This document shows, piece after piece, positions 8,594 through 18,089 of a stretch of DNA of 31,772 bases (position 1 is the stretch's first letter; each line of letters opens with the position of its first letter). Made by a program: the position numbers and the translations under genes. The stretch is from Candidatus Rifleibacteriota bacterium. GTDB lineage: Bacteria > Muiribacteriota > Ozemobacteria > Ozemobacterales > Ozemobacteraceae. The DNA is taken from the NCBI GenBank assembly GCA_051747585.1, contig JBNJGH010000031.1, forward strand, positions 1 through 31,772, read 5' to 3'. A model generated the notes under the pieces. That model did no database searches and was not told the DNA's origin. It saw only the letters and a program-made list of their open reading frames with translations.

Positions 8594-9709
8594 TCAAGTT
8601 ACCTGAGCCGGCTCAAGAGCCTTATTTAAATTGTCCATTTGCAGTCTTACGCGGGGCAGGCAATCAGGAAACTCTTTCTGCAAATATGAAATAAGTTCTT
8701 CTCTGACCTGGCACCTCAAGGTCCAGGCTTTGGGAGAATCCTCGGTGCTTAACAGTGCTCTTATTTCCATAACCTTGTCAGTTGTGTTGGTTACCTGCAA
8801 AGCACAGGCCTTTTTATCCCACAAAGGGTTCTTTTGCAATATACTTTTGAATTTTTCCCGCAACTTTTCAACATCGACACTATAATCTGTATAAAGATAA
8901 ACCGAACCGAGAATGTTTGCAGAACCGCGTGTCCAGTTCTGAAAAGGCTTTTCGATAAAATAAGAAACGGGTAAAACAAGACGCCTTAAATCCCAGATTC
9001 TTACCACAACATAACTAAGAGTAATTTCCTCTATCCAACCCCATTCATTTTCGACTACAACCACATCTTCCAATCTTATAGGCTGAGTAATGGCAATCTG
9101 TATTCCGGCAATCAGAGTAGAGATACATTTTTGCGCAGAAAAACCGAGAATAATACCCAGAACCCCGGCCGAAGCCAGAAGACTGACACCAATTTCTTTC
9201 ACCTTGTCAAAGGTCATTAAAAATGAAGCCAGCCCGATCAGAATAATTGTGAATACAATTACTCTCTGAATCAGCTTTACCTGAGTGTGAATAGCCCTGG
9301 CACTAAAATTATCACTCGAAGCAATATCATAATAGCTCAAAAATATATCGACAAAAATATCGGTTAAAACCACAGCCAAATATGTTATTGCAGCGATTAT
9401 CCATAGAGCCGTAACCTGTTTGATAAATGTCCCAAGGCTTGCAGGAACCATTAAAAATGGAAAAAGAAACCTGAATATAATTGCTGGAAACAATATTTTA
9501 AAAGGCCTGCGACAATATTCAAAATTAAAAGCAGGGATTCCATCTTTTGCGGCTAGAACCATACTCATTTTTTTCATCAGAGAAACCGCCACTCTTACAA
9601 GAAGCAATCCAACAACAATAGTTGCCAGAACAATTAAAGTTACATTTAAAGCTGACGCCTGCCAACCTGTTGCAGGCAACTTGTTCCATAGTTGATTCAA
9701 ATAATCCAT
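8594..9709 (-). CDS. mscS: Small-conductance mechanosensitive channel family protein
   Basis: Several TM helices; LLASAGVLGIILGFSAQ, QPIRLEDVVVVENEWGWIEEITLSYVVVRIWD, FQNWT. Confidence 0.9.
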   Translation of the reverse strand: MDYLNQLWNKLPATGWQASALNVTLIVLATIVVGLLLVRVAVSLMKKMSMVLAAKDGIPAFNFEYCRRPFKILFPAIIFRFLFPFLMVPASLGTFIKQVTALWIIAAITYLAVVLTDIFVDIFLSYYDIASSDNFSARAIHTQVKLIQRVIVFTIILIGLASFLMTFDKVKEIGVSLLASAGVLGIILGFSAQKCISTLIAGIQIAITQPIRLEDVVVVENEWGWIEEITLSYVVVRIWDLRRLVLPVSYFIEKPFQNWTRGSANILGSVYLYTDYSVDVEKLREKFKSILQKNPLWDKKACALQVTNTTDKVMEIRALLSTEDSPKAWTLRCQVREELISYLQKEFPDCLPRVRLQMDNLNKALEPAQVT

Positions 9710-9860
9710 AAATCCTCCTTATCTTGTCAAAAGCGTTCTATTGAGCTGTTGTCTAACCTTGACAATTATGAACTATTTTCTTATGAATAAGCCCGAATTA
9801 AATTTTAGAATATCAAAGATTGCCTCTTCGCTGTGCTTATTGCAATGCTCCCCTTTTTCA

Positions 9861-9953
9861 GTCCCTGAACGAAGCTCATACTGCGCGAAGCCCGAGTATC
9901 GAAGGGACCCTGGAACCATTTATTTGGTGGTTTCGACTCCGCTCAACCACCAA
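9861..9953. repeat. Pair of oppositely oriented REP-like palindromes
   Basis: GTCCCTGAACGAAG...TCGAAGGGAC (9861-9908) and TTGGTGGTTTCGACTCCGCTCAACCACCAA (9924-9953); both have a TGA(G/A)CGNAG..TCGAA core inside a short stem. Confidence 0.6.
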
Positions 9954-10046
9954 CATATAATGACAACCTGGAGCTGTCATCGCAAACAGGCGTGAGGTCA
10001 TACACATGTGTCCAACCCGAAATAGCTATTATGAGCAAATAAAGAA

Positions 10047-10904
10047 TTACTTTTCTAAAAGGCTGTTTAATTCAGCCACATCTCTTTTTCTTTTAAACAA
10101 GGGCTTTGTATCTTTTTTATAAACTGGCAGTTGCTGAGTAAAAACCGGTTTATTTTCTTTTTCACGATAAATTATTCCTAACGGAAACGGTTCCTGTTCC
10201 AATCCTTTTTGAAAAGCAGCAACCTTATCAGAGCTGTCATAAGATTCTTCAAGCTCATAAGTATTTTCTTTATACCATTTGAATGTATTGACCTTGTTAA
10301 ATGAAACACATGGATCAAATATATCAACAAGAGCATACCCCTGATGCTTAACTGCAGCCTTGATAATTTCAATAGTTAATTCCTTGTTTCCAACAAAAGA
10401 ACGGGCAACAAAGGTTGCGCCTGCCGATATAGCAATGGTCAAAGGATTAAAAGGCTCTGTAATTACTCCGGTAGTCTGAACCGGGGTAACGAAACCACGT
10501 TGGCTTGTAGGGGAAGCCTGTCCTTTGGTAAGACCGTATACCATATTATTATGAACGATATGTACTATATCAGGGTTTCTACGAATAGTATGTAAAAAGT
10601 GGTTGCCACCTTCACCGTACATGTCTCCATCGCCGCTTTCGGCTATAACAGTCAACTCGGGGTTAGCGGCTTTAATTCCTGTAGCTACCGGAAGAGCTCT
10701 GCCATGCAACCCGTTAAAATAATTTACTTTCATATATTGAGGAATCTTGGCAGCTTGTCCTATTCCAGAAGAAAAAACAACTCTAGTAGGATCAAGACCA
10801 AGTCCTTCGAGAGCTTCTTTAACCATACCAAGCAGCATCATATTGCCGCAGCCGGGACACCAGGCCGTATCTGTGTTTTTCACCAGGTCAAATCTTGTTT
10901 CCAT
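10047..10904 (-). CDS. 2-oxoacid:ferredoxin oxidoreductase beta subunit (TPP-binding)
   Basis: WCPGCG, LHGRALPVATG, SGDGD, NNMVYGLTKGQASPT, PCVSFN. Confidence 0.92.
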   Translation of the reverse strand: METRFDLVKNTDTAWCPGCGNMMLLGMVKEALEGLGLDPTRVVFSSGIGQAAKIPQYMKVNYFNGLHGRALPVATGIKAANPELTVIAESGDGDMYGEGGNHFLHTIRRNPDIVHIVHNNMVYGLTKGQASPTSQRGFVTPVQTTGVITEPFNPLTIAISAGATFVARSFVGNKELTIEIIKAAVKHQGYALVDIFDPCVSFNKVNTFKWYKENTYELEESYDSSDKVAAFQKGLEQEPFPLGIIYREKENKPVFTQQLPVYKKDTKPLFKRKRDVAELNSLLEK

Positions 10905-12595
10905 TATGATGCACCTCCAGAAATCTCTCTCACCAACTCTTCAACCGAAAAAGGCATGCCGTTATATTTTAAAATTTTCTTTTGAATCTCAATCCCGGTT
11001 GCTAATTGTAATTGCCCGGCAAACTGACCGGTTGCATTGTTTTCAACCACTATAATATTTTTAGCCTGTTTCAGTAATTCTTTGCTTTTAGGGGGCACCG
11101 GAAAAACCTGCCTGAAATATGCAAAAGCAAGCTGATCATCATCAATTATTTTTAACGCCTCACATATTGCTCCATAGGTTGAGCCCCAGCCCACTACAAG
11201 AGTTGAATAGTCCTTACTACCAATAATTTCAGGTTCAACAGCCCCATAATCCGACATTTTTTTCATACGCTTGTCGTTCATTTTTATCCGCATATCAAAA
11301 TCTTCGGTTATTCTGCCATCCTCTGAATGCTCGTCACTGTCAAGACAAACAAGTCCATTGCCATAGCCAGGTATCCCCCGTGGTGAAAGACCTGAGTCAG
11401 TCAAGACATAACGGTGATAATCTTCTGAAGTTTCAATTATATTGTTTTCACTTATCAAAGCAGAAAAATCAATCTTTTCGGTCATAGAGACAGAATCCAG
11501 GAAAAACTGGTCTGTAAGTATAATTACGGGAATTTGATATTTATCAGCGGTTGCAAAAGCCCGGGCGGTAAGCTTGATAGCATCTTCGTTGGTTCCGGGA
11601 GCATAAACCACGCGCGGAAATTCGCCGTGGCCGCCATAGATCGCAAAATTGAGATCGCCTTGTTCTGTTCTGGTTGGCACCCCTGTTGCGGGGCCCGGTC
11701 TTTGGGCCAGATGAATAACTGCAGGTGATTCTATAATACCTGACAAACTAAGACCTTCATTCATCAGCGCATAACCACCGCCTGAAGTGGTTACCATGGC
11801 TCTTGCCCCTGCATACCAGGCTCCCAGCATCATATTTATTGCCGCAATTTCATCTTCGGCCTGCTCTACCAGAACCCCATGTCTTTCTGATTTTTGCGCC
11901 AGAAAGACAAGAACCCCAGTGCTGGGCGACATGGGATATGAAGCAACAAAGTTACAACCTCCTGCAAGAGCGCCAATTCCTATTGCCTGAGTTCCGCTTA
12001 GAACTGATTCAGATTTAACCTTATCATCCCCTGCAATTGCCGCGGAAAAACCAATCTCTTCAGCTTGTTTCAGCCCAATTTCAAATGCCTTGTGATTTTT
12101 TTCGACAATATCGTTGCCTTTTGACTGAAACTTTGTACTGATAATTTTTTTTGCATTCTCTTGCTGGCAGGAAAACATACCAGAAATAATGCCTGCAACA
12201 ATAATATTTGTATAGATTGCGCCGCCCAGTTCGCTTAAACTATCCTTAAAGTCCAGATTTATAATTTTCCTGCTTTTTTGTCCGTATTCTTCCGGAATTT
12301 CCGTATTTGCTCCGATTATAAGAGTATCTTGAGCCAATCTGTCTTCAAGGCGATCTACCCCATTTGAACGAAGCGCAATCAGAACATCTATCTGCTCTGA
12401 AAAAGCCGACACAGGCTCTGATGAGACTCTAATTTCACTGGTATTATTACCTCCGCGAACTCGAGACATAAACTCTTTTGATAAAAAAGCATTAAAACCA
12501 CATTTTCCCAAAAGCTCCATTATTATCGATTCTATGGTCTCCAGGCCCTGGCCGGCCTCTCCTGATAAAATAATCGAAACCTGTTTCTGTGACAT
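10904..12595 (-). CDS. 2-oxoacid:ferredoxin oxidoreductase alpha subunit (fused gamma-alpha)
   Basis: GEAGQG, SRVRGG, YPMSPS, QAEDEIAA, TTSGGG, QRPGPATGVPTRTEQGD, VENNATGQ; 1-bp overlap with beta. Confidence 0.92.
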   Translation of the reverse strand: MSQKQVSIILSGEAGQGLETIESIIMELLGKCGFNAFLSKEFMSRVRGGNNTSEIRVSSEPVSAFSEQIDVLIALRSNGVDRLEDRLAQDTLIIGANTEIPEEYGQKSRKIINLDFKDSLSELGGAIYTNIIVAGIISGMFSCQQENAKKIISTKFQSKGNDIVEKNHKAFEIGLKQAEEIGFSAAIAGDDKVKSESVLSGTQAIGIGALAGGCNFVASYPMSPSTGVLVFLAQKSERHGVLVEQAEDEIAAINMMLGAWYAGARAMVTTSGGGYALMNEGLSLSGIIESPAVIHLAQRPGPATGVPTRTEQGDLNFAIYGGHGEFPRVVYAPGTNEDAIKLTARAFATADKYQIPVIILTDQFFLDSVSMTEKIDFSALISENNIIETSEDYHRYVLTDSGLSPRGIPGYGNGLVCLDSDEHSEDGRITEDFDMRIKMNDKRMKKMSDYGAVEPEIIGSKDYSTLVVGWGSTYGAICEALKIIDDDQLAFAYFRQVFPVPPKSKELLKQAKNIIVVENNATGQFAGQLQLATGIEIQKKILKYNGMPFSVEELVREISGGAS

Positions 12596-12694
12596 TTTCT
12601 ATCCTCCTCTTTACTCTCATTTTTTTTCATATTTAAATATATTTTACTCATTCTAACAGAAATAACAAATGAGTTAAAACTTGCCTCTTATTTC

Positions 12695-13063
12695 CAGCAA
12701 TTCTCGGTCAGCGACTATAAACTCGTTAAAGAAAAAGAACATTCCTCACACCAAGTCTCGGAGCCGCAAAGAAAATAACCACAGAGCGCTCAGAGAACAC
12801 AGAGAACCTTTTTCAGCCGTTGTTTCCTTCTTCAGCAAGCCTTCAGAAAAGCACTCGCGTTTTTCTGAAGGCTTGCTGAAGAAGGAAACAACGGGCGGTG
12901 AAACCGCCGGCGATTTGTCCACAGGACAAATCCTGGCTGAAAAAGATTGAAAATCAACTCTGAGCCCTCGGTGGCCTCAGTGGTTTAAATTCTATATTTG
13001 CCCTAAATAAATAAAACCAGAACTATTGGTAACCAGCTAATAATAATTGACCGAGAATTCCTG
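12695..13063 (-). mobile_element. MITE copy 2 (369 bp), frame in reverse orientation
   Basis: TIRs CAGCAATTCTCGGTCA / TGACCGAGAATTCCTG; same modules as copies 1 and 3; no target duplication (TCTTATTTC vs GCCAGATAT). Confidence 0.88.
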
Positions 13064-13077
13064 GCCAGATATCCTGC

Positions 13078-13461
13078 TTATTTTAAACCGAACCTGGGGC
13101 CTAAAAAGATCAATAAAATAAAGACGACAAGAAACCCTCTTACAAACCACATTGAAGAGCCAGATAGAATCAAAAAGTCGGTAAAAAAAGATCCTATCAA
13201 AACAATGGTCAAAAGAACGCCTAATATTGCTGTTTGTTCAGTGTCTTTTTTTATCGGATCAACCAAAGGATTCTGCTTACATTCAGGACAGGTTAGCTCT
13301 TTCTTTGAGCCCAGTGGCAAAAGCGGAATAAAAAACAAATGGTACACAAGAAAATAAGATTCTCCGTAAGCAGACACGACTTTCCCGCAGTTTTTACATC
13401 TCATCTTCTCTCCGCGAACTGCCTTTTTAGCCATCTGGTAGCTGCCATAAAAAACAAACAT
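13078..13461 (-). CDS. Zinc-ribbon membrane protein (zinc_ribbon_15-like)
   Basis: From MFVFYGSY: CKNC...HLFFIPLLP...CPEC, then two C-terminal TM helices. Start moved from the track's 13527. Confidence 0.7.
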   Translation of the reverse strand: MFVFYGSYQMAKKAVRGEKMRCKNCGKVVSAYGESYFLVYHLFFIPLLPLGSKKELTCPECKQNPLVDPIKKDTEQTAILGVLLTIVLIGSFFTDFLILSGSSMWFVRGFLVVFILLIFLGPRFGLK

Positions 13462-13565
13462 ATTTTTTCTCCGGCAAAGAATTTCTATATTAAGGTCAAT
13501 ACTAAACAAAATAAATAATTGCAGCAAAGCAAAACCTTTGCCGATATTAAATTATTTTCTAAGAA

Positions 13566-13594
13566 TTTATAACAAAATCACAAAATTTACGTTT
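13566..13594 (+). promoter_or_regulatory. Candidate ECF sigma promoter of the minor-pilin operon
   Basis: TTTATAACAAAATCACAAAATTTACGTTT: AAC-N16-CGT; shares TTTATAACAAAA and TTTA(T)CGTT with 17440-17469. Confidence 0.55.
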
Positions 13595-13650
13595 ATAGTA
13601 AAATGGTGCTAATATAAAATAATAGAGCTTTATAATTAAAGGGTTGCAGG

Positions 13651-16173
13651 TTGGATAGTCTTAAATCAAAAAGCAGGCGCGGCTTTGTTCTTTTTGCCTT
13701 GCTGGCAATTATTCCAGTATTGGTGATTCTGGTTTTCAGCTATAATCAATTCGCGCAAACAGAAGCTTTAAGAGCTCACAGAATTTTCTGGAACGATGCC
13801 CTGACGAAAGTAGCCGAGGGAACCGCAGAAGAAGCTTTTTCCTGGTTTATTGCCAATCCTGAAAATGAGCTGGCATTGTATATCAACGGGCAAGGTGGAC
13901 AATCCAGCATCGATCTTTTATCTGATACCAACATGAAATTCCCGGCAACAATTGAAGGTCCCCAGGTAACCAGCTGTATCATATCAGTTTCTAAAATCGA
14001 AAATTTATATAACACTTCAGGGCTCCCATCTTCATTCTCTGCAACTTCTGATGGTTACATTCACCCAAATCCCTCAGACAGATTTGGAATCTTAAAAGTG
14101 GAGGCAGAGGTTGAGTATCATACCTTCAGCAGAAAATACGAAGTTCACCGCGAAGTAAAATCAATCAACATACTTCCTGAGATTTTTTCTCAATTCACCC
14201 TTTTTGTCAAAGAAAAACTAGGCGGTGCCAACAACGATTGGAACCAGCTCAGAGTTGACAAGAACAATATATTAACCGGCTTTGCAGACCCCTCCTCTAC
14301 GCAAGGGAATCCACTTACTCTTATGCACTGCCAGGAAGACGCTGCAAGGACTTCAATAATGCCCGGAGCTGACAATGTAGCACCCGATTGGAATCCTTCG
14401 TCTTTTGATTTAAACAAACGCGGATGGGTCTTTCTCGGCTCAACCCTTAACAGCGGCTCATTCAAATCATGGATTTTTCACCCTATGCACGGAGACTTGA
14501 GCGCAGCTGCAACCAAACCCATGCCGCATAGATATTATGGTGGCAATTTCATGCTCTCGAATCACACTGTGCTGGTTTATCATACCAAAATGTCTTCTTT
14601 AAGTGCATTTTCTCCGCCAATTCCCGCGTCAGATTTAAGCACAGCACCATTTGACGGCGACCCTGACGGGATTCCTTTTATTGGAACAATGTTTCAATTA
14701 TCAAGATTCGGTTTTATCTCGGGTGACCAGCCAATGATGGACTACTTTGGTCTCGGAAATTTGTATCGAAATTACTACGCAGACCCTGAGCATGGCGAAT
14801 CAGTTCATTCTTCTCTTATTTTACCTTTCGGTTCAATTTATCCGATTTCAACTTCGACTCTGGCAGATCATCGCTCCCCCACTGTAGTTCTGGGGCCTTC
14901 GGCTATGGGAATGCTGCAAACAGGCGCAATATTGCAAATGGATCAAGATATCGAAAATGCCAGAATAGCGGGCCAGGATATGGTTGAAGCCTATGACAGT
15001 CAACCGGAAAATGAAAAACCCGCTTCAGTATTTATTCCATATTATCCCATAAAAAATGGCTCTTTGATTGCAGGCAAGCCACAACAACCGCCCTGGAACT
15101 TGAATGCGGGACTTGGCGGCTGGGCAGAAGTTCCAGAAAAAGGGCTTGGGAATCCCGCAGCTTATCCATTAAGAGACTGGGCGGCAGTAAGCTGGAATTT
15201 TGTAGAACACATACTTGGTATTCCAGCCTATTATGAGCTTGTAATGTCCAAGCCGATTGTTGCCCACATAATGAACTGTTATGAACTGATAGTAAACAAC
15301 AACATGAAAAGCGTACCCAACCCCTCAGGATGGATTCCACTGCCGGCAAACAGGTCGCTGACCAGCATTCCTACAACAATTCAGCCGGTAGACGATGCAG
15401 GTAACGATGACAGCGACAATCCCAACGATTTTTTCTTTTCCGATTCAGGTAGAGGCCTTTCGGGTAATCTGATTTCGTTAAAAGACCTTGGCGGGAAAAA
15501 ACTTGCTACAGGTTATCTTGGTGGTCTGTGGCCTTTCTCAGACCAGGCATTGGATTATGACGGGAACTTTGTTTTTACCGATTTTGATTTAAGACAGAAA
15601 ACTACCCACTTCGTTGAGAACGAAGCCGAGTTCAATTCTACTTTCATTAAAGCCAACGGTTCTAATGCTTCCCTGGATTTACAAGGCGCTATTGTAACCC
15701 TGTGCGATGGCGATTTGCATCTTAAAAATCCTTCCGGCTCGGGCAACCTGGTCTACAAAAGTGGAGGCATTATAATCATTTCAAAAGGTGAGTTGCAGAT
15801 TGAATCTCCTCTCATCAGAGATGCCGCAGCCGGCAGCAACATACCCTTAACTCTGGCAACAGCTTCTGAAGACAAAAATGTTATTTTTGGCACTTCAGGC
15901 CCTGTTTATGCTTATATTATTTCTTCGGGTACTCTACACAAAAACCATAATGGCGGCATAAAAGTAATTGGTGGTCTAGCTTTAAAATATATGGATTTCG
16001 ACAAGAACTCATCTGGCAATATATTTAGGGGTCACCCATTCAATGGCGATGATAGGAACCGAATTGTCTGGGATGAAGTATTTAATTATTTCGACCCGGC
16101 TGTTCAGAAAGCCGCACAAAGAATCCATCTCGGGCCAGGTGCCGCGATCTGGAAATCAGAGCCGGGAGACTGA
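13651..16173 (+). CDS. Large PilX/GspK-like minor pilin (840 aa)
   Basis: Class III signal peptide KSRRG|FVLFALLAIIPVLVILV lacking Glu+5 (a PilX/GspK trait), then A...AEG.AEEA helix; directly upstream of two prepilins; TTG start. Confidence 0.65.
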   Translation: MDSLKSKSRRGFVLFALLAIIPVLVILVFSYNQFAQTEALRAHRIFWNDALTKVAEGTAEEAFSWFIANPENELALYINGQGGQSSIDLLSDTNMKFPATIEGPQVTSCIISVSKIENLYNTSGLPSSFSATSDGYIHPNPSDRFGILKVEAEVEYHTFSRKYEVHREVKSINILPEIFSQFTLFVKEKLGGANNDWNQLRVDKNNILTGFADPSSTQGNPLTLMHCQEDAARTSIMPGADNVAPDWNPSSFDLNKRGWVFLGSTLNSGSFKSWIFHPMHGDLSAAATKPMPHRYYGGNFMLSNHTVLVYHTKMSSLSAFSPPIPASDLSTAPFDGDPDGIPFIGTMFQLSRFGFISGDQPMMDYFGLGNLYRNYYADPEHGESVHSSLILPFGSIYPISTSTLADHRSPTVVLGPSAMGMLQTGAILQMDQDIENARIAGQDMVEAYDSQPENEKPASVFIPYYPIKNGSLIAGKPQQPPWNLNAGLGGWAEVPEKGLGNPAAYPLRDWAAVSWNFVEHILGIPAYYELVMSKPIVAHIMNCYELIVNNNMKSVPNPSGWIPLPANRSLTSIPTTIQPVDDAGNDDSDNPNDFFFSDSGRGLSGNLISLKDLGGKKLATGYLGGLWPFSDQALDYDGNFVFTDFDLRQKTTHFVENEAEFNSTFIKANGSNASLDLQGAIVTLCDGDLHLKNPSGSGNLVYKSGGIIIISKGELQIESPLIRDAAAGSNIPLTLATASEDKNVIFGTSGPVYAYIISSGTLHKNHNGGIKVIGGLALKYMDFDKNSSGNIFRGHPFNGDDRNRIVWDEVFNYFDPAVQKAAQRIHLGPGAAIWKSEPGD

Positions 16174-16176
16174 TTC

Positions 16177-16689
16177 ATGAATTGCATAAAGGCTTATAAA
16201 ACAAAACCAGCTATAACTGAGTGCAGGCAAGCAATATCAATGGTAGAAATTGTAGTTGCGCTGGCAATAATGATTATTGCTGCGCTTCCTATTCTTACTT
16301 TAATGAACAGCTCCCACTCAGACACCAGAAGCACAATGGAAGAAGTTATGGCCAGCAACCTCGCTTCTGAAATAATTGAATCATTCCAATCTATGCCGGT
16401 AGAGTTCGTTCCCGTCGGCTTTGACGGGCCTATTGATGACTCCGCATTTGCAGCAGCAGAGAATGCCGGTTACAAATTTCCCCTGGCATCCCCCCCCCTT
16501 GACTTTGACATCAACCTTAAAATTTCTCAACTGAGCCTGGATTCAGATATTCCTGCCGACACTGCCGCTGATGTTGCACAGAGAGCCGCTTCGGCCGCAA
16601 AAATTATCAGAATTGAAGCCAGAATTAAATGGGAAAGCAAAGGAAGGCAAAGAAAATTACAGCTTGTAACAGCAAAATCAAGATTATGA
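16177..16689 (+). CDS. PilV/GspI-like minor pilin
   Basis: RQA|ISMVEIVVALAIMIIA with Glu+5; ASNLASEIIE helix; C-terminal IEARIKW strand. Confidence 0.8.
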   Translation: MNCIKAYKTKPAITECRQAISMVEIVVALAIMIIAALPILTLMNSSHSDTRSTMEEVMASNLASEIIESFQSMPVEFVPVGFDGPIDDSAFAAAENAGYKFPLASPPLDFDINLKISQLSLDSDIPADTAADVAQRAASAAKIIRIEARIKWESKGRQRKLQLVTAKSRL

Positions 16690-17435
16690 AAAAGTCTTCT
16701 ATTAAATTAAAGGGTTACACAATGGTGGAAATTCTTGTAGTAACTTTAATTTCGGCAATAGCAATGGCTACTGTTCTAACACTGCTTTCCAGAACTTTCT
16801 CAGGGGCAAAAAAAGGAAATAAGACTCTTTTGGCCATTCAAGAAAAGTCTTTTCTGCTGGCCTATTTAAAACATGATCTGCGCACCCTTATTCATGGCAA
16901 CAGCATTCCAACACCTATGATAACAAATGACTCTGAAGGAACAGCTCTTTTCAGCTTCTTCAAAGTTCAGACAGCAGACGAATATGGTCGGCCAATACCG
17001 GTTCAAATTACCTATAACCGCATCGACGCTGGCACGATCGAAAAGCCTGATGGCACAATGGTGCCTGCTTACGGCATCCAAAGAACCGACGGCACCACAA
17101 CCAAAACATTTATGAAGGGTCAGTTAACAGAATTTTCTCTGGAATTATTAGACAAAGCTGCCCAACCCGTTAACTCGTCTCCCGAAAAATGTAGAAAAAT
17201 TACCGTAAATCTGGCAACAATTGAAAGCGAACTGCTTGAAACAACGGTCAGTGTATATTCACCCTATTTAAATACGGCTATAGATCATCATAAGAATGCC
17301 TGGCTTAATAATTTCCGCATGACTTCGTATTCACCCGGCGCAGCTGTAAGCACTTATAACGGTGCAACCATCCCCAGCAGTGAGCTGGTTATTATAAATG
17401 GAGCCATTGCCCTTGAACAGGAACGAGGATTTTAA
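16686..17435 (+). CDS. PilW/GspJ-like minor pilin
   Basis: MKKSSIKLKG|YTMVEILVVTLIS; LKHDLR motif; ATG 16686 gives an ATGA overlap with the previous stop. Confidence 0.8.
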   Translation: MKKSSIKLKGYTMVEILVVTLISAIAMATVLTLLSRTFSGAKKGNKTLLAIQEKSFLLAYLKHDLRTLIHGNSIPTPMITNDSEGTALFSFFKVQTADEYGRPIPVQITYNRIDAGTIEKPDGTMVPAYGIQRTDGTTTKTFMKGQLTEFSLELLDKAAQPVNSSPEKCRKITVNLATIESELLETTVSVYSPYLNTAIDHHKNAWLNNFRMTSYSPGAAVSTYNGATIPSSELVIINGAIALEQERGF

Positions 17436-17439
17436 CTTT

Positions 17440-17469
17440 TTTATAACAAAAAAATATGATTTATCGTTA
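17440..17469 (+). promoter_or_regulatory. Candidate autoregulatory ECF sigma promoter
   Basis: TTTATAACAAAAAAATATGATTTATCGTTA: AAC-N17-CGT, ending 20 bp before the ECF gene ATG. Confidence 0.6.
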
Positions 17470-17489
17470 TTAATTAATGAAGGCCTGTA

Positions 17490-18089
17490 ATGCAGAACAA
17501 TAATAAACACCGCCTTGATAATTCACCGAACATAAGTAACAAATCGGATGACGATTTAATGAAAGCAATCAAGGACGGAAACAAAAATGCATTTAAAACA
17601 CTTTTTAATCGTCATATTGACAGCATAGCGAGATTTTGTGCAGTTAAAACTGCCAACAGTCACGAAGCCAGCGACATAGCACAGGAAATATTTGTCAAAG
17701 TATGGAAATCGGCTGACTCCTACAAGCCCGACAACAACTTTAAATCGTGGATATTTACAATTGCTCGGCGTCATATCATCGATCGCCATCGAAAGAAAAA
17801 GTTGAATCAGATTCCAATGGAGTCTGAATTAATAAGTAAAAAAATAGACCAGCAGAATACCACTATTCAAACTGACCACTGCCCAGAAATTGACTTTTTA
17901 AAAAATTTAAGCGAACAAAACCGTGAAATTATTGCCTTAAGAATCATTGAAAACCTGTCTTACAAAGAAATTGCGAAACTAACCGGAATTACACCGCTAA
18001 ATCTAAGACAAATAGTTTTTCGTTCATTAAAAAAAATTCAGAAGGAGGTAAAATCAGATGAGTTGTCAAAAACTTCTGACCTGGATTGA
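17490..18089 (+). CDS. ECF RNA polymerase sigma factor
   Basis: Region 2 (ASDIAQEIFVKVW, FKSWIFTIARRHIID) and region 4 (LSEQNREIIALR..ENLSYKEIA). Confidence 0.93.
   Translation: MQNNNKHRLDNSPNISNKSDDDLMKAIKDGNKNAFKTLFNRHIDSIARFCAVKTANSHEASDIAQEIFVKVWKSADSYKPDNNFKSWIFTIARRHIIDRHRKKKLNQIPMESELISKKIDQQNTTIQTDHCPEIDFLKNLSEQNREIIALRIIENLSYKEIAKLTGITPLNLRQIVFRSLKKIQKEVKSDELSKTSDLD

Noticed and set aside
9741..9995. 84-aa ORF between mscS and OFOR beta
   Set aside because: TTG start without RBS, spans REP-like palindromes, no recognisable motif.
12686..13072. Target duplication for MITE copy 2
   Set aside because: Flanks TCTTATTTC and GCCAGATAT do not match; a nearby CTTATTT is out of register.
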